A stretch of 64,000 nt of DNA, taken from positions 7,750,001 to 7,814,000 of the forward strand of contig NC_086125.1 of NCBI RefSeq assembly GCF_963921235.1, read 5' to 3'. Below the pieces are notes generated by a model. That model was not told the DNA's origin. It saw nothing but the letters and a program-made list of their open reading frames with translations, and made no database searches. Position numbers and translations under genes: made by a program. Positions 60,400 through 64,000 of the stretch are shown here, piece by piece (the stretch's first letter is position 1; each line of letters starts with the position of its first letter). This DNA is from Mobula hypostoma. Its lineage: Eukaryota.

Positions 60400-61410
60400 T
60401 GATTCCAGCAGATGAGCAGATGAAGTGCTGCTTCACCTGGAAGGACTGTTTTGGGGCCCTGAATGGAGGTGGGGGGGGGCACGGTGTATGGGCAGGTGTA
60501 GGACCTCGGCCACTTGCAGGGATAAGTGTTGGGAGGGATGAGTGGACATGGGAATAATGAAGAGAGTGATCCCTGTGGAAAGCAGAGGGGGGAAGGTAAA
60601 GATATGCTTGGTGGTAGGATCCCCTTGGAAGTGATGGAAGTTGTGTAGAGTGACGTGTTGGATGCAGCAGCTCATGGGGTAGCAGACAAGGGCAAGTGGA
60701 ACTCTATCACTGTGAATGTGCTGGGTGGATAGGGTGCGCACAGACGTTTGGGAAATGGAGGACATACGGGCGAGGGAAGCATCAATGGTGGAGGAAGGAA
60801 AACCCTGTTCTTTGAAGAAGGAGAACACCTCTTATGTCCTGGACGTAGCTGGGGCAGAGATGAAGGAACTGAGAAAAGGGAACAGTATTTTTTTACAGGA
60901 GACCAGTTCAGAAGTGGTATAGTCAATATAAGTGGGTGAATCGGTAGGTTTATAAAAGATGTTGGTTGACAGTTTGGCTCTAGAGATGGAAGCAGATCAA
61001 GAAAGGGGAAGGTGGTGTGGGTGGAAGTTGGAGGCAAAGCTGATGAAATGGACGAGCTCAGCATGGGTGCATGAAGCAGCACCAAAGCAGTCAGCAATGC
61101 AGCGGAGGAAGAGTTGGGGAGCATTACAAGGGAAGGCTTGGAACAGGGACTGTTCAACATGACCAATGAAAAGAAAGGCATAGCTGAGGCCCATGTGGGT
61201 GCCCATAGCAATCCCTTGATTCTGAAGAAAGTGGGGCAAGCCAAAGGAGAAATTGTTGAGGGCGATGACTAGTTGAAACTGTTTAATTTTCTTGGCCCGA
61301 AACATTGACTGTTTATTGATTTCCATGGATGCTGCCTGATCTGCTGAATTCCTCCAGCATTTTGTGTTCTGCCTTGAATTTCCAGCATCTACAGATTTTC
61401 TCATGCTTGC
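60400..61410 (-). mobile_element. Penelope RT fragment with an inverted terminal tail (61290-61410)
   Basis: QGIAMGTHMG.SYA.LFIG, FLRCIADCFG (Penelope RT motifs); plus-strand tail joined at the 5' end. Confidence 0.8.
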
Positions 61411-61419
61411 TGTTCAAGA

Positions 61420-61640
61420 GGGAGCTGTGCTAGATTAGAGCGACCTTCGCTGTGAGGCAGAGAATAAGTGGCCACTGCAAAAGGAGAGACTGAACGACCA
61501 AAAGACCCAACCAGCAACCACAGCCACCACATGCTCGTGTCTACACTGCACCAGAACATGTGGATCCCAGACTGGCCACCACAGCCACCTGAGGAACCAG
61601 CAAGGAGAACATCTTACTCGGCTCGAGTGATGACACAACT
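61420..61640 (+). mobile_element. RTE-clade 3' end
   Basis: CLHCTRTCGSQTGHHSHLR C2H2-like terminus typical of RTE ORFs. Confidence 0.6.
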
Positions 61641-61964
61641 CATCTGTCTACGGTCCGCTCCATACACTAGCCCTGAATCAGTTCACAGCCTCAAGCCCTC
61701 TCCTGCAGAGTTATCACCCAGACACTCTGTAGCAGTGAGGAACTTCTCTGCCTGATGAGCAATGCAGGCAGGAAGGCTCCAGGGGCACAGGCAGAAAAGC
61801 CCTGGAATGAGTGGCAAGTCAGCACTGTTAGTGTTCTATTTCCAGTGCACGAAAATAGAAATTAAGAAAATATGGGTAAAGGAGAACTTTGTAAAAACAA
61901 CTCAGCTCTCAGGATTTATTGTAGTGGTAGCCATGCTACTTTATGTGAATTGTGACTTACTTAC

Positions 61965-62350
61965 GGCCCATTACACCACTGGTGTTTAGGGCAGCAATGA
62001 AGGTCCTCCAGCTCAGGTGGTGTTGAGGGCTTCCTTCATCATGTCAGTAGCTTCCTCTCGGTTTTCTCTACTGTTCGTCATGGAAGTCCCGGGTGGAGAC
62101 TCAGGAATATCGTTGGACTTAGATGTAGAAGGATTCTTCGTTGCTGTGTCTGAAACAGTTTTGTTTCACAAGTTAGGGTTGTTAGCCCTGTGCTGAGAAC
62201 CAGTGAACAACTCTTCGTCTGGCTCTGCCCTTTGACCTGCTTGGCATGGGTGACCTACCAAGACCCAAAGCATGAAGCCCTGACTCCCATCAACATGGCC
62301 CACTGCATTATTGAGGCACAGACAAGGACCACAACAAGGGTGTGTTCCTC
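61965..62350 (-). mobile_element. RTE-related short element fragment
   Basis: Homologous to 11730-12060. Confidence 0.5.
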
Positions 62351-62867
62351 TTGGAGGTGTGTGCATTGTGAATAAAATATCAACTTAAAAAGGATCTTCA
62401 CTAATTTGAAAATATACTTCCACATCTTTCACACAAGTTGTGTTTTATCCCTGCCTTGACATGTATATTGCTCAGGAAATGTGAAGAAATCAGGTAGGTC
62501 AGCTTCCATGATGCTGCCCTGAATAGGAGAATGTGGGGGCGGGGGTTGGATAATGGTGTTTCTGCTGGAGCTGCAGACCTCTGTAATCTCATCACTATAT
62601 TCATCACTTTTACTGGAAACCTTGACACAGTTTTGCGGTTTTTCTAAGAAAAGTAAAGCGGATACAAAACGAGCAGCCCTTCTCAACGATACCTCACGCC
62701 ATCTGTTCTCTGATAAACATGAAACCCAAACTGAACCACATACTGATTCATCCATCGGCAGGGATTTCAGAGCAGATCTGGTGCCTTTGTTTCATTGAAG
62801 TCCAAGTTCAGCTAAAATTTGGTTTGCCCAGTGAAGTGTTATTTTATACAGTCCCAGAGAGAGGCTG

Positions 62868-63435
62868 TGTCAGGACACTGGAGCAGGGATCCAATCACAG
62901 ACCCAATACTGGGTGAGAGTGGATTCCACTGTTAGCTCTTTCAGTCTGGAAGACCCATCCTGTATTAAGGAAGTTCTTAGTGACTGAAGAGTAGAGCCAC
63001 TGCTGGACTTTTCCCTGGCAGAATTGGAGAGCGGAGAGCACACATTGATCTAAATGAGTAACAAGTCCCGAGGTGCAGACAAAGTTGGCATCAAAGTTCA
63101 AGCAGAGATCAAAACATCCAGAGAAATCCAAAATCCAGAATCAGGAAATGGGCAGAGTCAATATTCAGATGGATAGAGTTCAGATACAAATGCTGGAAAG
63201 GCTCAGGAAAATTCACTGGCACAATCTGGCCACAAACAGGTGAAAACACAGGACTGAAATACACTGACAATAACCAGAGAGGCAGATGATAGGTGGAGCA
63301 TGATGAGACACAGGTGGCAGCAATACAGGTAATAATGAGAAACAGATGAGAGACGGAGTACTCAGTAATACAGGGGCCGGAGTAGAGCAGGAGTGGGGAC
63401 AGGAGCACATGGCAATACAAAACCACAGACTGACA
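62868..63435 (-). mobile_element. Possible solo LTR of another family
   Basis: TGTCA...TGACA ends and LTR-like composition; the TSD is imperfect (GCTG/GCTA). Confidence 0.35.
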
Positions 63436-64000
63436 GCTAGGGGGAAAACACACAAAAAGACAGTTCAACTGGAGGTACTGACGGGCTGCCTCGAACTGAA
63501 AGAAACTCGGCATAATTCCTCTTGGCTCTGACTGCTTAAGGCTCCTCCAGAGAGAGAGAGAGAGTATTCATACCTGTCAGATCCAGATTCCGATCCGTTC
63601 ATTTATCACAAATAACAGGCAGTGAAATGCATCATTTCTGTTAACAACCAACACAGCCTAAGAACGTGCAGGGAGCAGTCTGAAAATGTTAACAGATATT
63701 CCGATGCCAATGTGGTATGGCCAGAATGTTCAGCAGCAGCAGACAAGCAACAAGAACAGCACAACAGAAACAGCAGAACAAGCTCTTTTTTCACCCTCAA
63801 TCCATCCTGAAGCCCCAGCTCTTTTCCCACGCTTCCTCAGTAAATAGTGCATCTTTCCAGGTTTCCATCGATGCAGTGTGTTGTTGTCAGCTCTTTGAGG
63901 TTTGTGGACAGCTGCCAGAAGTGAGCCTCCGCCAACCTCGGAAATCGAGCCCGAGGCTCTGCAGGCGCAAAGGCCTTTGCAACCGTGACTCGGCTCACGG

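Noticed and set aside
62476-62493. Possible 18-nt plus-strand micro-exon (ctcag|...CAG|gtaggt)
   Set aside because: No partner exons or coding signal were found, so it is likely a chance match.

Overview
Eukaryotic genomic DNA, inferred to be from a cartilaginous fish (shark or ray) because of its repeat set: CR1 with an esterase ORF1, Penelope, Rex1/Babar, RTE and Tc1. There is no prokaryotic content and no CRISPR array. One host gene is supported: a minus-strand, 6-coding-exon ICAM/VCAM-family adhesion receptor at 15498-48610. Its manual splice model gives 462 aa: signal peptide, four Ig domains, a TM helix and a short basic tail, with all five introns GT-AG and phase 1. It has a CpG-rich promoter carrying two adjacent NF-kB-type sites. 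Most of the remaining sequence is nested transposable elements. The most interesting non-genic signals are (i) an HDV-like self-cleaving ribozyme fold with an unusual L3 hairpin insertion at the 5' end of a full-length RTE LINE, (ii) an LTR-172 bp-LTR mini-element that keeps a Tf1/sushi-type self-priming site, (iii) minimal hammerhead ribozymes in Penelope termini and (iv) a locally templated insertion next to a Penelope tail. TE boundaries without a stated TSD are approximate, and family names come from recognised motifs, not database searches.
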